Of a stretch of 46,475 nucleotides of DNA, positions 1 to 9,367 are shown one piece after another (within the stretch, counting starts at the first letter, position 1; every line of letters starts with the position of its first letter). The notes below the pieces were generated by a model. The model was not told where the DNA came from, did no database searches, and worked only from the letters and a program-made list of their open reading frames with translations. The DNA comes from an uncultured Clostridia bacterium (GTDB lineage Bacteria > Bacillota > Clostridia > TANB77 > CAG-508): the NCBI GenBank assembly GCA_944390535.1, contig CALXQV010000055.1, positions 1 to 46,475 of the forward strand. Direction: 5' to 3'. The position numbers were made by a program, and so were the translations under genes.

Positions 1-18
1 TAATAATATAAAGGAGAA

Positions 19-519
19 ATGAATATGCAAATAAATATAGGTTGTTTTTATTTTATAAAAGATGTATTTTTCAAAATTATAGATGACCCAGAATTGATGC
101 AGAATAAAGAAAACGGAAATAAAAGACCATGTTATTATTGTTTTAGAAGTAAAAAATATAATGATATTATATGGTTTATTCCTGTTAGTACCAAAATAGA
201 AAAATACCAAAAAATTTATAACAAAAAAATACAAAAGCAAATAATATTAGGAAAAAGACCTTCAATCGATACAATTGTTTTTGGAGATGTTGCTAATACA
301 TATAGTGCTTTTTTAATACAAAATATGTTTCCTGTAACAAAGGAATATGTAAAAAGTCAATATACAAAGAATAAAGTAGCTATAAGATTGTCAAATAAAT
401 TGCAAACAGAAATAATTTATAAAGCGAATAAAGTATTGAACTTATATATGCATGGAATGAAGAATATTATTTTTCCAGATATTGATAGAATATTAGAGCA
501 ACTATTACAAAACAAGTAA
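19..519 (+). CDS. Type III toxin-antitoxin endoribonuclease toxin (ToxN/AbiQ/CptIN-like)
   Basis: Motifs FYFIKD.FF..I.D..LM.NKENG.KRPCYY, IWFIPVSTK and AFLIQNMFPV are typical of ToxN/CptN-family toxins; RBS AAGGAG at 11-16. An antitoxin RNA repeat array would lie upstream, outside the window. Confidence 0.8.
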   Translation: MNMQINIGCFYFIKDVFFKIIDDPELMQNKENGNKRPCYYCFRSKKYNDIIWFIPVSTKIEKYQKIYNKKIQKQIILGKRPSIDTIVFGDVANTYSAFLIQNMFPVTKEYVKSQYTKNKVAIRLSNKLQTEIIYKANKVLNLYMHGMKNIIFPDIDRILEQLLQNK

Positions 520-656
520 AATTATGAGCATATTTAAAATATCATAATATATCATTAAAATGATCATGACAGATTACAAATTTGTCTGTAAATCAAAAAT
601 ATGGTATAATATATATATGAATTAAGAGATTACAAGACACATAAGAAAAGGAGGGG

Positions 657-1355
657 ATGCTTATGAAAAAAGTATTAAAAGTCATAGGAATCATTATGGC
701 AATATTAATAATTGCATTAGTAATATATTATGTAGCAATACATTTTGATGGATTTTTAAATAAAAATAATCCAATGACAAGAAGTGAAGTAATTGAATTA
801 TTAGAAAAAGGAAAAGAATACCCAAATTATTATTATACATCAGAATCTAGATGGATTTTTGGAAGCTTGAATGAAACCAAAACAGAAACTTACATAAAAG
901 ACAATATTGAAAAAGTGGTTGTTGATGGAAAGATTCATAGTTGGTCAAATTATAATACAGGAGAGTATATTGGTATAACAGAAGAGTTAAATGGAAAGAA
1001 ACATGCAAATGTGAGCAATTTAGATAATTTTGAAATCAACAGAGAAGGACAAAGGGGATTTGATTATTCATTAATTTCAAATGAAGAAGTATTTAATACA
1101 GAATTTAAATATTTAGGAGAAAAACAACTAGAGGGAAGAGATACCATACTAGTAAAAGTATGGAATAGAGATTGGTTTGAAATAGACTCTACGAAATTTT
1201 ATATTGATAAAGAAACAGGCTTAATTATCAGAAGAGTTGATTATAATGCATTAGGATTTATAAAAATAGACTGTGATAGAAATGTAAAAATGGATGTTGT
1301 TACAGATGAGGATATTCAAAAACCAGATTTAGAAGGATATGAAATACTTCAATAA
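657..1355 (+). CDS. Membrane-anchored/exported hypothetical protein with a LolA/DUF4412-like C-terminal half
   Basis: N-terminal hydrophobic helix; YLGEKQLEGRDTILVKV...FYIDKETGLIIR pattern; strong RBS AAGGAGG. Confidence 0.55.
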   Translation: MLMKKVLKVIGIIMAILIIALVIYYVAIHFDGFLNKNNPMTRSEVIELLEKGKEYPNYYYTSESRWIFGSLNETKTETYIKDNIEKVVVDGKIHSWSNYNTGEYIGITEELNGKKHANVSNLDNFEINREGQRGFDYSLISNEEVFNTEFKYLGEKQLEGRDTILVKVWNRDWFEIDSTKFYIDKETGLIIRRVDYNALGFIKIDCDRNVKMDVVTDEDIQKPDLEGYEILQ

Positions 1356-1376
1356 TAAGAATATAAATAGGAAGGG

Positions 1377-1411
1377 GAAAGATTTAGATTAAAAACTAAA
1401 TCTTTCTTTTT
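1377..1411 (+). terminator. Intrinsic terminator
   Basis: GAAAGATTTAG / CTAAATCTTTC stem followed by a T-run. Confidence 0.7.
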
Positions 1412-1534
1412 CTTATGATTTTTTATAAAAATCAGCGATAACATTTGACATTTTATCATATCTATATTAATCTAGTATAGGCAAGAAAAATATAAACATA
1501 ATCAAAAGAAGCAAAAATACGGAGGAAATAAAAA

Positions 1535-3241
1535 ATGGCAAAAAAAGTGTTAAAAGTAACAGATTTAAAAGACATGTTAAATAAAACCAGAGACTTATAT
1601 GGAGAAAAACCAGGATATAAAATAAAAACAGGAAAAGGAACATACAAAATTTTTACACATAATGAAATAAGAGATATGATAAATTACTTAGGAACCGCAC
1701 TAATCAATCTAGGACTAAAAAATAAGAGAATTGCTGTCATTGGGGAAAATCGATATGAATGGGAACTTGCCTATCTATCAGTTGCATGTGGCGTAGGAAT
1801 TGTAGTTCCAATGGACAGGTCATTACCAGCAAATGAATTAGAAGAAGTCATTGAAAGATCAGAAGTAGAAGCCATAATTTATTCTAGAAAATATGAAGAA
1901 ACAATCAAAAAGATAAAATATAGTGAAAAAAACAAGCTAAAACATTTGATTTCCATGGATGCAGATATTCATGATGAAGGGATATATTCTGAAAAAGAAT
2001 TGATAGAAAAAGGAAAAGAACTAGTAGATGCTGGAAATAGAGAATATATAGATGTAAAAATTAATCCAGAAGAAATGCGAATTATGTTATTTACTTCAGG
2101 GACAACTTCAAAATCAAAAGTTGTAGCATTATCTCATAAAAACTTAATTTCAAATGTAATGGATTTTGCATCTGTCGTAGATGTAGACTCAAGTGATAGA
2201 ATGTTATCATTTTTACCATTGCATCATGTATATGAGTGTACAGTAGGTATGCTAGTTTCGTTATATGTGGGAGCAGAGAGGTCTTTTTGTGATGGAATTA
2301 GACACATTGTAGAGAACTTAAACGAATATAAAATCTCATACGCAGCATTTGTTCCAGCTATTTATGAAATTATGTATAAAAATATATGGAAAATGCTTGA
2401 AAAAAAGGGAAAAGTAGAAGAGACCAAAGAATTGATGCAAAAATATAAAAATAAGTCAATGCAAGAAAAAAAAGAAGTTTTCCAAGACATTCATAATATG
2501 TATGGAGGACATATAAAATTATTCATTAGTGGAGCTGCAGCCTTAGATAAAGAAGTAATTGAAACTTTTAGAAATTGGGGAATCAATCTATGTCAAGCAT
2601 ATGGCTTAACAGAAACTTCTCCTATTATAGGAATAGAAACAAATGAACATTTTAGAACAGGCTCTATTGGAAGACCAATTCCTCATGTTCAAGCAAGAAT
2701 TGATGAAGCAGATGAAGAAGGAGTAGGCGAACTTGTTGTAAAAGGACCAAATGTTATGCTTGGATATTATAACAATAAAAAAGCAACACAAGAGGTTATG
2801 GAAGATGGCTGGTTCCATACAGGAGATTTAGCCAGAATAGATGAAGATGGATATATTTTCATATGTGGAAGAAAGAAAAGTGTGATTGTTTTAAAAAATG
2901 GTAAAAATATATATCCAGAGGAAATGGAAGGACTAGTTAATAAAATAGAAGGTGTTAAAGAATCATTTATATTTGGAAAACAACAAACAGATGATAAAGA
3001 AAATATAAAAATACATGTAAAAATTATATTTGACAAAGAAATCATGAAAGAAGCCTATAAAGTAGAAAGCGAAGAAGATATTTATAGAGTTTTAACAGAG
3101 AAAATCAAAGAAGTAAATAGTGTTATGCCAAAATATAAAGCAATCAGAGGAATCCTTATTTCAGAAGAACCATTGATAAAAACAACCACAAATAAAATAA
3201 AAAGACCAGCAAATTTAGAAATAATAGAAAAAGAGCTTTAA
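1535..3241 (+). CDS. fadD: Long-chain fatty acid-CoA ligase (AMP-binding, FadD-like), paralog 1
   Basis: FTSGTTSKSK P-loop, YGLTETSP, WFHTGDL and GRKK adenylate-forming motifs. Confidence 0.85.
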   Translation: MAKKVLKVTDLKDMLNKTRDLYGEKPGYKIKTGKGTYKIFTHNEIRDMINYLGTALINLGLKNKRIAVIGENRYEWELAYLSVACGVGIVVPMDRSLPANELEEVIERSEVEAIIYSRKYEETIKKIKYSEKNKLKHLISMDADIHDEGIYSEKELIEKGKELVDAGNREYIDVKINPEEMRIMLFTSGTTSKSKVVALSHKNLISNVMDFASVVDVDSSDRMLSFLPLHHVYECTVGMLVSLYVGAERSFCDGIRHIVENLNEYKISYAAFVPAIYEIMYKNIWKMLEKKGKVEETKELMQKYKNKSMQEKKEVFQDIHNMYGGHIKLFISGAAALDKEVIETFRNWGINLCQAYGLTETSPIIGIETNEHFRTGSIGRPIPHVQARIDEADEEGVGELVVKGPNVMLGYYNNKKATQEVMEDGWFHTGDLARIDEDGYIFICGRKKSVIVLKNGKNIYPEEMEGLVNKIEGVKESFIFGKQQTDDKENIKIHVKIIFDKEIMKEAYKVESEEDIYRVLTEKIKEVNSVMPKYKAIRGILISEEPLIKTTTNKIKRPANLEIIEKEL

Positions 3242-3246
3242 TTTAG

Positions 3247-3283
3247 AAAATTGGTTTGTTAAAAATAGCAAATCAATTTTTTT
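3247..3283 (+). terminator. Intrinsic terminator
   Basis: AAAATTGGTTTGTTA / TAGCAAATCAATTTT stem (with G-U pairs) plus T-run. Confidence 0.6.
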
Positions 3284-3462
3284 GTAAAATTTATAAATCA
3301 AAGTGCAATGTTTTATAGAAAAATATATATCAATTTGGTACAATGGTGTTAAACATAAGTAATGTTCGTTACAGTTGACAAAATTTCAAAGGAAAATTGG
3401 TGGTATGCAACTAAAATTTACAGTATAATTTTGATAAAGAAAATTAAAAGGAGGAAGCAAAC

Positions 3463-4191
3463 ATGACTTTAGGAGAAAGATTATTTCAATATAGAAATCG
3501 TATTAATATGAGTCAAGAACAATTAGCAGAAAAAATTGGTGTTACAAGACAGACCATATCAAAGTGGGAAACAGACCAAAGTGTGCCAGACTTTAATAAA
3601 ATAGAACCATTATGTGATATATTTGAAATCACACCAGATGAATTAATTAAAGGAGAAGGTGCAGGACACAAAGCAGAAGAAAAAGGAAGGAGAGAATCAG
3701 AAAGTCAATATAATGAAAAAAGAAACAAAAGAAAAGCAATGATTTTAAGTATTAGTATTTTTTTATATTGTATTGCTACATTTAGCTTACCATATATGAC
3801 AGAAAGTTTACAATATGAAGATGCACATGCAATTATGATTTGGGCAACATTATGTACAATTGCAACTGTTATGTTAGTGTATTTTTTCATAGCATATCCT
3901 AAAAAAGAAAAGAAAATAGATAAGGGAATAAAAGGAGACATAGAAGAGATTAATGAAACCATAGAAGAAATTGAAGAACTAGAAGAAAATATAAAAGAAG
4001 TAAATGGAAGAAATAAGACAGAAGCAATTATCATAGAAATGATTGCTATGCTTTTTCTTATTATTTATTTAGTGGTTAGTTTTATAACCATGGCATGGCA
4101 TGTTACTTGGATTTTGTGGTTAGTATTTGCCCTTGTAGAATTAATCGTAAAATTGATTTTTGATTTGAAAGGAGAAAAAAATGAAAAATAA
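3463..4191 (+). CDS. XRE-family HTH regulator with C-terminal membrane helices
   Basis: MSQEQLAEKIGVTRQTISKWETDQSVPD HTH; four hydrophobic segments. Confidence 0.85.
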   Translation: MTLGERLFQYRNRINMSQEQLAEKIGVTRQTISKWETDQSVPDFNKIEPLCDIFEITPDELIKGEGAGHKAEEKGRRESESQYNEKRNKRKAMILSISIFLYCIATFSLPYMTESLQYEDAHAIMIWATLCTIATVMLVYFFIAYPKKEKKIDKGIKGDIEEINETIEEIEELEENIKEVNGRNKTEAIIIEMIAMLFLIIYLVVSFITMAWHVTWILWLVFALVELIVKLIFDLKGEKNEK

Positions 4192-5179
4192 ATGGGTAAA
4201 AATTATGCTTATAATCATATTGGCTTTGATGATTATAGCATCAGTAAATGTTATGATTTATGAAATAATCTATAAAGATAATCAGGTAAAACTTTCATTT
4301 ATCGCATTTGGAGATCATACGGAAAAAATATTTGAAAAAGAATATCAACCAGAAGAAGTAGATAATATTAATGTAGATGTCTCTTCATCAAACGTAAAAA
4401 TTGAAAAAGTAGATACAGATAAAGTAAAAGTAATAGCCTATGGAGATAAAGATGAAAAAGTAAAAGAAGAAATCAATGAAAAAGAACTTTCTATAACAAA
4501 AGAAAAGACAAAAATCTTTATGATAGCCATGTTTTATTGGTGTCATGAAGAAATCGTGATACAAGTTCCAAATGACTATGAAGCAACATTCAAAGTACAT
4601 ACAGCTAGTGGAGATATTTTTGCAACAAACTTAGAAAATCATACTATTGATTTTGAATCAACATCGGGAAAGATAGAATGTGGAAATATCCATAAGGGAA
4701 TTTTAAAAAGTACATCTGGTAATGTTCGTGTTGGAAATGGACATGAAGTTAGATTACAAGCAACTTCTGGTAAGATACAAGCAGGTAATTTTGATAAATT
4801 GTCAGCAAAAACATCTTCTGGAAGTGTAGAAGTTGGAACAATAGAAGAAGGCACAATCCATACAACGTCGGGAAAAGCGGTTATAGAATCAGCTAAAAGA
4901 ATACAAACAGAAACTTCATCTGGTGGAATAAAGATTAATAAAATAGAAGAATATTGTCAGTTGCAAACAAATTCTGGAAGTATAGTGGTAAATGATTTAA
5001 ATATAATTGAGAATTCTTCTATTAATACAAAATCAGGAAGTGTCACAATAAAAGACAAGAATGATATATATGTAGAAACAAGTACAAAATCTGGGAATTC
5101 AAACATAAAAAATAATAATAGAAAATCAGATATCATATTAAACATAAATACAACATCTGGAAATATTTATGTGGATTAA
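4181..5179 (+). CDS. DUF4097/adhesin-like beta-helix repeat membrane protein
   Basis: N-terminal TM helix; many T-S/T-S-G-x-I/V repeats; overlaps the upstream XRE gene (operon). Confidence 0.8.
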   Translation: MKNKWVKIMLIIILALMIIASVNVMIYEIIYKDNQVKLSFIAFGDHTEKIFEKEYQPEEVDNINVDVSSSNVKIEKVDTDKVKVIAYGDKDEKVKEEINEKELSITKEKTKIFMIAMFYWCHEEIVIQVPNDYEATFKVHTASGDIFATNLENHTIDFESTSGKIECGNIHKGILKSTSGNVRVGNGHEVRLQATSGKIQAGNFDKLSAKTSSGSVEVGTIEEGTIHTTSGKAVIESAKRIQTETSSGGIKINKIEEYCQLQTNSGSIVVNDLNIIENSSINTKSGSVTIKDKNDIYVETSTKSGNSNIKNNNRKSDIILNINTTSGNIYVD

Positions 5180-5199
5180 GTATATAAGGGGGAAGTCGT

Positions 5200-5415
5200 A
5201 TGAATATTAGTAAGTGGAAAATATTTCAATTTATTCAATTCATATTATTTATAGGTGTTAGCATATTTTTATTTGTTAGAAATGTTGATGGAAGTGGAAC
5301 AGTAAACACATTAAATGTAAAATTGATTAGTTTTGGTGTATGGCTTGTATTTTATATTCTTGTATTAGCCATAGAATTTGGAATCTATAAGGTTATGAAA
5401 AAATCAAAAAAATAA
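5200..5415 (+). CDS. Small two-TM membrane protein (DUF3923-like)
   Basis: Two hydrophobic helices flanking RNVDGSG; RBS AAGGGGG. Confidence 0.6.
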   Translation: MNISKWKIFQFIQFILFIGVSIFLFVRNVDGSGTVNTLNVKLISFGVWLVFYILVLAIEFGIYKVMKKSKK

Positions 5416-5545
5416 AAAGAATTTGTTAAAAACAGTTTGAAAAATAACTGTTTTTTCGTGGTTTAGCTACAACGTAAAAAATAGTTTAAAAATGTTGTTT
5501 TCTTAACCAATATATGTCATAATGATAACAGAGAGAGGAAAAGCC

Positions 5546-6040
5546 ATGAACGAAAAATATAATACATGAGAATATTATAATCAAAATGCAAAACTATATT
5601 TTGAACAAACACAAGTTGGAAATTTGCAAGAAAATTATGATAGGTTTTTAAAATATTTGCCATGTAATGCATACATCTTAGATTTTGGATGTGCTTCAGA
5701 GAGAGATAGTAAATATTTTCTTGAAAATGGGTATAAAGTAAAAGCTATAGATGGAGCGATTGAAATGTGTAACTTGCTAGTGATTACATACACCAGGAGG
5801 TTGTGTGCATGAAGTTTGAAGGCCTAAAAGATAGAAATACCTTCTTTTAAAATAGGGACAGGGTATGAAATAAAAGAAGGGAAATATTACCATTTTTCAA
5901 ATAAAGAAGAAATGATACAAATATTAAAGGCGACAAATAAAAAAGTGAAGTTAGTAGAATATTATGAAACACTTCCAAGTACAAAGAGAATTGCCAAAAA
6001 TACAGTTTTGGGAAATTTTATTATACAAAAATTTGAATAA
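5546..6040 (+). pseudogene. Degraded class I SAM-dependent methyltransferase
   Basis: ATG at 5546 reads MNEKYNT*EYYNQNA (in-frame TGA at codon 8) into the ILDFGC SAM motif; frameshift near 5772; apparent internal deletion; C-terminal frame SFKIGTGYEIKEGKYY...IIQKFE* ends at 6040. Confidence 0.75.
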
Positions 6041-6169
6041 TAATGGAGATATCAAACAGATTAATGTAACAGATTAATCTGTTAATTTTTTAGATATTTT
6101 TATAAAAATAGTAGTTTTAGAATATTTTATATGATATAATTAGTAGGAACCTACATAAAGGAGAAAGAA

Positions 6170-6592
6170 ATGGAAAATATTGGACAACTTATAAAACAAA
6201 TATCAAATATTTTGATAAATGACTTAAATAAAAAATTAAAAGATTATAATATTACATTTTCTCAGTTACAAGTATTATTAGTAATTAAAGAATCTAATAA
6301 TAAGATATGTCAAAAGGAAATTGCAGATATATTAAAAATAAAGCATACATCAGTAATTGATATACTTAAAATATTAGAAAGAAAACAATTAGTAAAGAAA
6401 AATACAAGAGAAGACAATGTAAAATATAATGAATTATCATTAACGATAAAAGCAAAAAGAATAATAGATAATTTGGATTTAGGAAAGGATAAAACACAAG
6501 AAATGATGGCAAGTACATTAGGATATTGTAGTGTAGAAGAAATGCTTTCTAAATTCAAAGAAGTATTAGAAAAATTGGAAGGTAGAATTTGA
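6170..6592 (+). CDS. MarR-family transcriptional regulator
   Basis: ITFSQLQVLL...CQKEIADIL...LERKQLV winged-helix pattern. Confidence 0.85.
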   Translation: MENIGQLIKQISNILINDLNKKLKDYNITFSQLQVLLVIKESNNKICQKEIADILKIKHTSVIDILKILERKQLVKKNTREDNVKYNELSLTIKAKRIIDNLDLGKDKTQEMMASTLGYCSVEEMLSKFKEVLEKLEGRI

Positions 6593-6596
6593 TAAT

Positions 6597-7457
6597 ATGA
6601 TGATAAAAGAAATAAAAGTTAAAAATATACTAACAAAATCCAGTTTACCAGTATCAGACTATTCCGTTAATCCCTATGTTGGATGTTCACATGCGTGTAA
6701 ATATTGTTATGCTTCATTTATGAAAAGATTTACAAATCATCCTGAACAATGGGGAACGTTTGTAGATGTGAAGTATTGGGAAAAAATTAAAAATCCTAAA
6801 AAATATGCAGGAAAAGAATTATTTATTGGCTCTGTTACAGACCCCTATATGCCACTTGAAGAAAAATATAAAAGAACTAGAGCGTTACTAGAAGAAATGC
6901 AAGGAAGTGGTTGCAAAATTAGTATTGCAACAAAATCAGATTTAGTATTAAGAGATATAGATGTAATAAAAACATTTCCAGAAGCAAGGGTATCTTGGTC
7001 TATCAATACTTTAGATGAGGATTTTAGAAAAGAAATGGATTATTCCGTATCGATTGAAAGAAAAATAGAAGCAATGAAAAAATTTCATGAAGCTGGAGTT
7101 AGGACGGCTTGTTTTATTTCTCCAATTTTTCCTGGCATAACGGATATTAAAAGTATCATATTGAAAACAAAAGATTACTGTAATTTTGTATGGCTTGAAA
7201 ATTTGAATTTAAGAGGAGATTACAAGGCAATCATATTAAAATATATAAAAGAAAAATATTCTAAACTATATCCGATATATGATGAAATATATAATAAAGG
7301 TAAACGAGAGTATTGGGAAAATCTAAACCAAGAGATACAAGAATTTTGTAAGGAACAGAATTTAGAATATGTAAGAAATGATGACTCAATAAAAAGAGAA
7401 ATCAATGAACCGCCAATAGTTGTCAATTATTTTTATCACGAAGAAATTAAAAAATGA
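6597..7457 (+). CDS. Radical SAM protein, spore photoproduct lyase (SPL)-like family
   Basis: NPYVGCSHACKYCYA CxxxCxxC motif; GSVTDPY; ATKS. Confidence 0.85.
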   Translation: MMIKEIKVKNILTKSSLPVSDYSVNPYVGCSHACKYCYASFMKRFTNHPEQWGTFVDVKYWEKIKNPKKYAGKELFIGSVTDPYMPLEEKYKRTRALLEEMQGSGCKISIATKSDLVLRDIDVIKTFPEARVSWSINTLDEDFRKEMDYSVSIERKIEAMKKFHEAGVRTACFISPIFPGITDIKSIILKTKDYCNFVWLENLNLRGDYKAIILKYIKEKYSKLYPIYDEIYNKGKREYWENLNQEIQEFCKEQNLEYVRNDDSIKREINEPPIVVNYFYHEEIKK

Positions 7458-7491
7458 ACAAATTAAAAGAGTGTAAAGGAATGAGGTAGTT

Positions 7492-8442
7492 ATGATAGTA
7501 AATGTCGGAGGAAGAACAGATATCGTAAATTATTATAGTGAATGGTTAATGAACCGAATAAAAGAAGGATATGCATATTCCAGAAACCCATTATTTCAAA
7601 ATAATGTTTCCCAAATAAGCTTAAAACCAGAAAATGTAGATTTTCTTATGTTCTGTTCTAAAAACTATAAACCTATACTAAAATACATGAAGGAAATCAA
7701 TGAAACATATAGAATTATATGCCATTATACAATTACTGCTTATGGAAAAGATGTAGAACCAAATGTACCAAGTATTGATGATTCAATCGATACATTGATT
7801 AAACTTTCAAAAATCGTGGGAAAAGAAAAAGTATTATGGAGATATGATCCTATACTTTTGACAAAACATTATATTATACAAAAACATATTGAAACATTCC
7901 GCTATATGGCGGAAAAAATTAGCCCATATGTACAAAGATGTATTTTTAGTTTTGTTGAAATGTATAAAAAGCTAGAGTATAATATGCCAGAAATTATCCC
8001 ATTTACAAGTGAAGATAAAATCTTAATCGTAAGAGAATTAGGAAAAATTGCAAAAGAAAATCATTTATATATCCAAACTTGTGGAACAGATGAAAATTAT
8101 GAAAAATATGGAATTCATTTATCAGGTTGTACAACAACAGAAATTTTAGAGAAAGCAAACCATGTGAAATATAAAAACATAAAGGCAAAAGGAATGAGAA
8201 AAGGTTGCCATTGTATACCAAGTCGAGATATTGGTGCTTATGATACTTGTTTAAATGGATGCAAATATTGTTATGCAAATAAAAGACCAGACTTAGCACA
8301 GGAAAATGCAAAATTACATGATAAACATTCTCCACTTTTGATAGGAAATGTGAATAAAACAGACAAAATAACAACTGCAAAACAAAATAGTTTTATAAAA
8401 GAATTTTCTATAAATAAAGAAGAACAAATTCGTTTAATATAG
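7492..8442 (+). CDS. DUF1848 family protein (Fe-S, SPL-associated)
   Basis: MIVNVGGRTDI, WRYDPI and C-terminal C.C..SRDIGAYDTCLNGCKYCYAN motifs. Confidence 0.85.
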   Translation: MIVNVGGRTDIVNYYSEWLMNRIKEGYAYSRNPLFQNNVSQISLKPENVDFLMFCSKNYKPILKYMKEINETYRIICHYTITAYGKDVEPNVPSIDDSIDTLIKLSKIVGKEKVLWRYDPILLTKHYIIQKHIETFRYMAEKISPYVQRCIFSFVEMYKKLEYNMPEIIPFTSEDKILIVRELGKIAKENHLYIQTCGTDENYEKYGIHLSGCTTTEILEKANHVKYKNIKAKGMRKGCHCIPSRDIGAYDTCLNGCKYCYANKRPDLAQENAKLHDKHSPLLIGNVNKTDKITTAKQNSFIKEFSINKEEQIRLI

Positions 8443-8517
8443 AGACATATTATGTACACTATAAGGATTAAGAAAGTTGTAAAAAAATAAATTTTTTGAT
8501 TTTAGATTTAGCTTAAT

Positions 8518-8546
8518 TTGAATTTATCTGTTTTTTACTATATAGT
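8518..8546 (+). promoter_or_regulatory. SigmaA-type promoter for the small ORF at 8586
   Basis: TTGAAT-N17-TATAGT. Confidence 0.55.
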
Positions 8547-8585
8547 TGTGACAAAAGATAGTAAATCAGAAAGGAGGCAATTTAA

Positions 8586-8681
8586 ATGGTACAATATTTT
8601 TTAGCAATAGGTGGATTAGCAGTTGGATTTGTAATAGGTATGTTATATTCTGATTATAAACATAAAAAAGATAAAAAGTAA
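8586..8681 (+). CDS. 31-aa single-TM peptide MVQYFLAIGGLAVGFVIGMLYSDYKHKKDKK (absent from the ORF track)
   Basis: RBS AAAGGAGG 8 nt upstream, own promoter and downstream hairpin at 8701-8729. Confidence 0.7.
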   Translation: MVQYFLAIGGLAVGFVIGMLYSDYKHKKDKK

Positions 8682-8700
8682 TATAAATTACAGTTAATAG

Positions 8701-8733
8701 GACAGATAATCAAAGTGAATTTATCTGTCTTTT
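8701..8733 (+). terminator. Intrinsic terminator of the small ORF
   Basis: GACAGATAA / TTATCTGTC stem followed by TTTT. Confidence 0.6.
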
Positions 8734-8742
8734 AATATACAT

Positions 8743-8872
8743 AATTGTTCATGAAAACGACTAAACTTAGCAAAAGAACATGCAAAGTTACAAGATAGAA
8801 ATTTTTTAGTTTTGATAAGAAACCTTAATAAAGCAGACAAAATAACAATCGAAAAACATTATTAGTTATTTT
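8743..8872 (+). pseudogene. Degenerate copy of the 3' end of the DUF1848 gene
   Basis: Aligns by eye with ~8266-8398 (acttagca..atgcaaa.ttaca.gata...ttttgata.gaaa...aataaa.cagacaaaataacaa). Confidence 0.7.
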
Positions 8873-9044
8873 AAAAAATATATAAGTTAGAAAAAGTAAA
8901 AGGAGAAGCATGAAGTGTTTCCCCTTAAAATATATTTAATTTTTATATATTTAAAAATTTTTAATAAAATAATGATTCTTTTTCTAGCATTTTTATTGAA
9001 AAATGCATAACTGAAATTTAAGATAAAGTATAAAAATCATAGAG

Positions 9045-9243
9045 TTCAAAACTCTAAGAAGATTTTTTATATTTCAATTTTAGCAATAAAATATGTTGAA
9101 GTCAATGAAAATTTTAAAAAAATTTTAAAGAAAATATATATTAAAAAAATAAAAAATATTTTGAAAATTTTTTGATTAAAAACGTTAGAAAACCTTAAAT
9201 AACAACGCTTTAAAAAAATATCAAATCTTCTTAGAGTTTTGAA
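9045..9243. promoter_or_regulatory. Candidate invertible promoter cassette 1 (OFF orientation)
   Basis: Perfect 21-bp inverted repeat: TTCAAAACTCTAAGAAGATTT (9045-9065) and its reverse complement (9223-9243), enclosing a minus-strand promoter. Confidence 0.8.
9077..9105 (-). promoter_or_regulatory. SigmaA promoter inside cassette 1, pointing away from the pilin gene
   Basis: Minus strand TTGACT-N17-TAAAAT with extended -10 TG. Confidence 0.8.
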
Positions 9244-9367
9244 ATATAGGTAAAAAAACAAAAAATAAAATAGTATTGAATATGGAGTTATTTCTAATCA
9301 TAAATAAACCTAAAACCAAAGAATACATAATTAACAAAAATAAGAAACAAAAGGGGAATTTTAAGGA

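Noticed and set aside
9067-9261. 64-aa minus-strand ORF inside cassette 1
   Set aside because: Low-complexity F/I/K product of AT-rich DNA with no RBS; it overlaps the promoter and the repeat.
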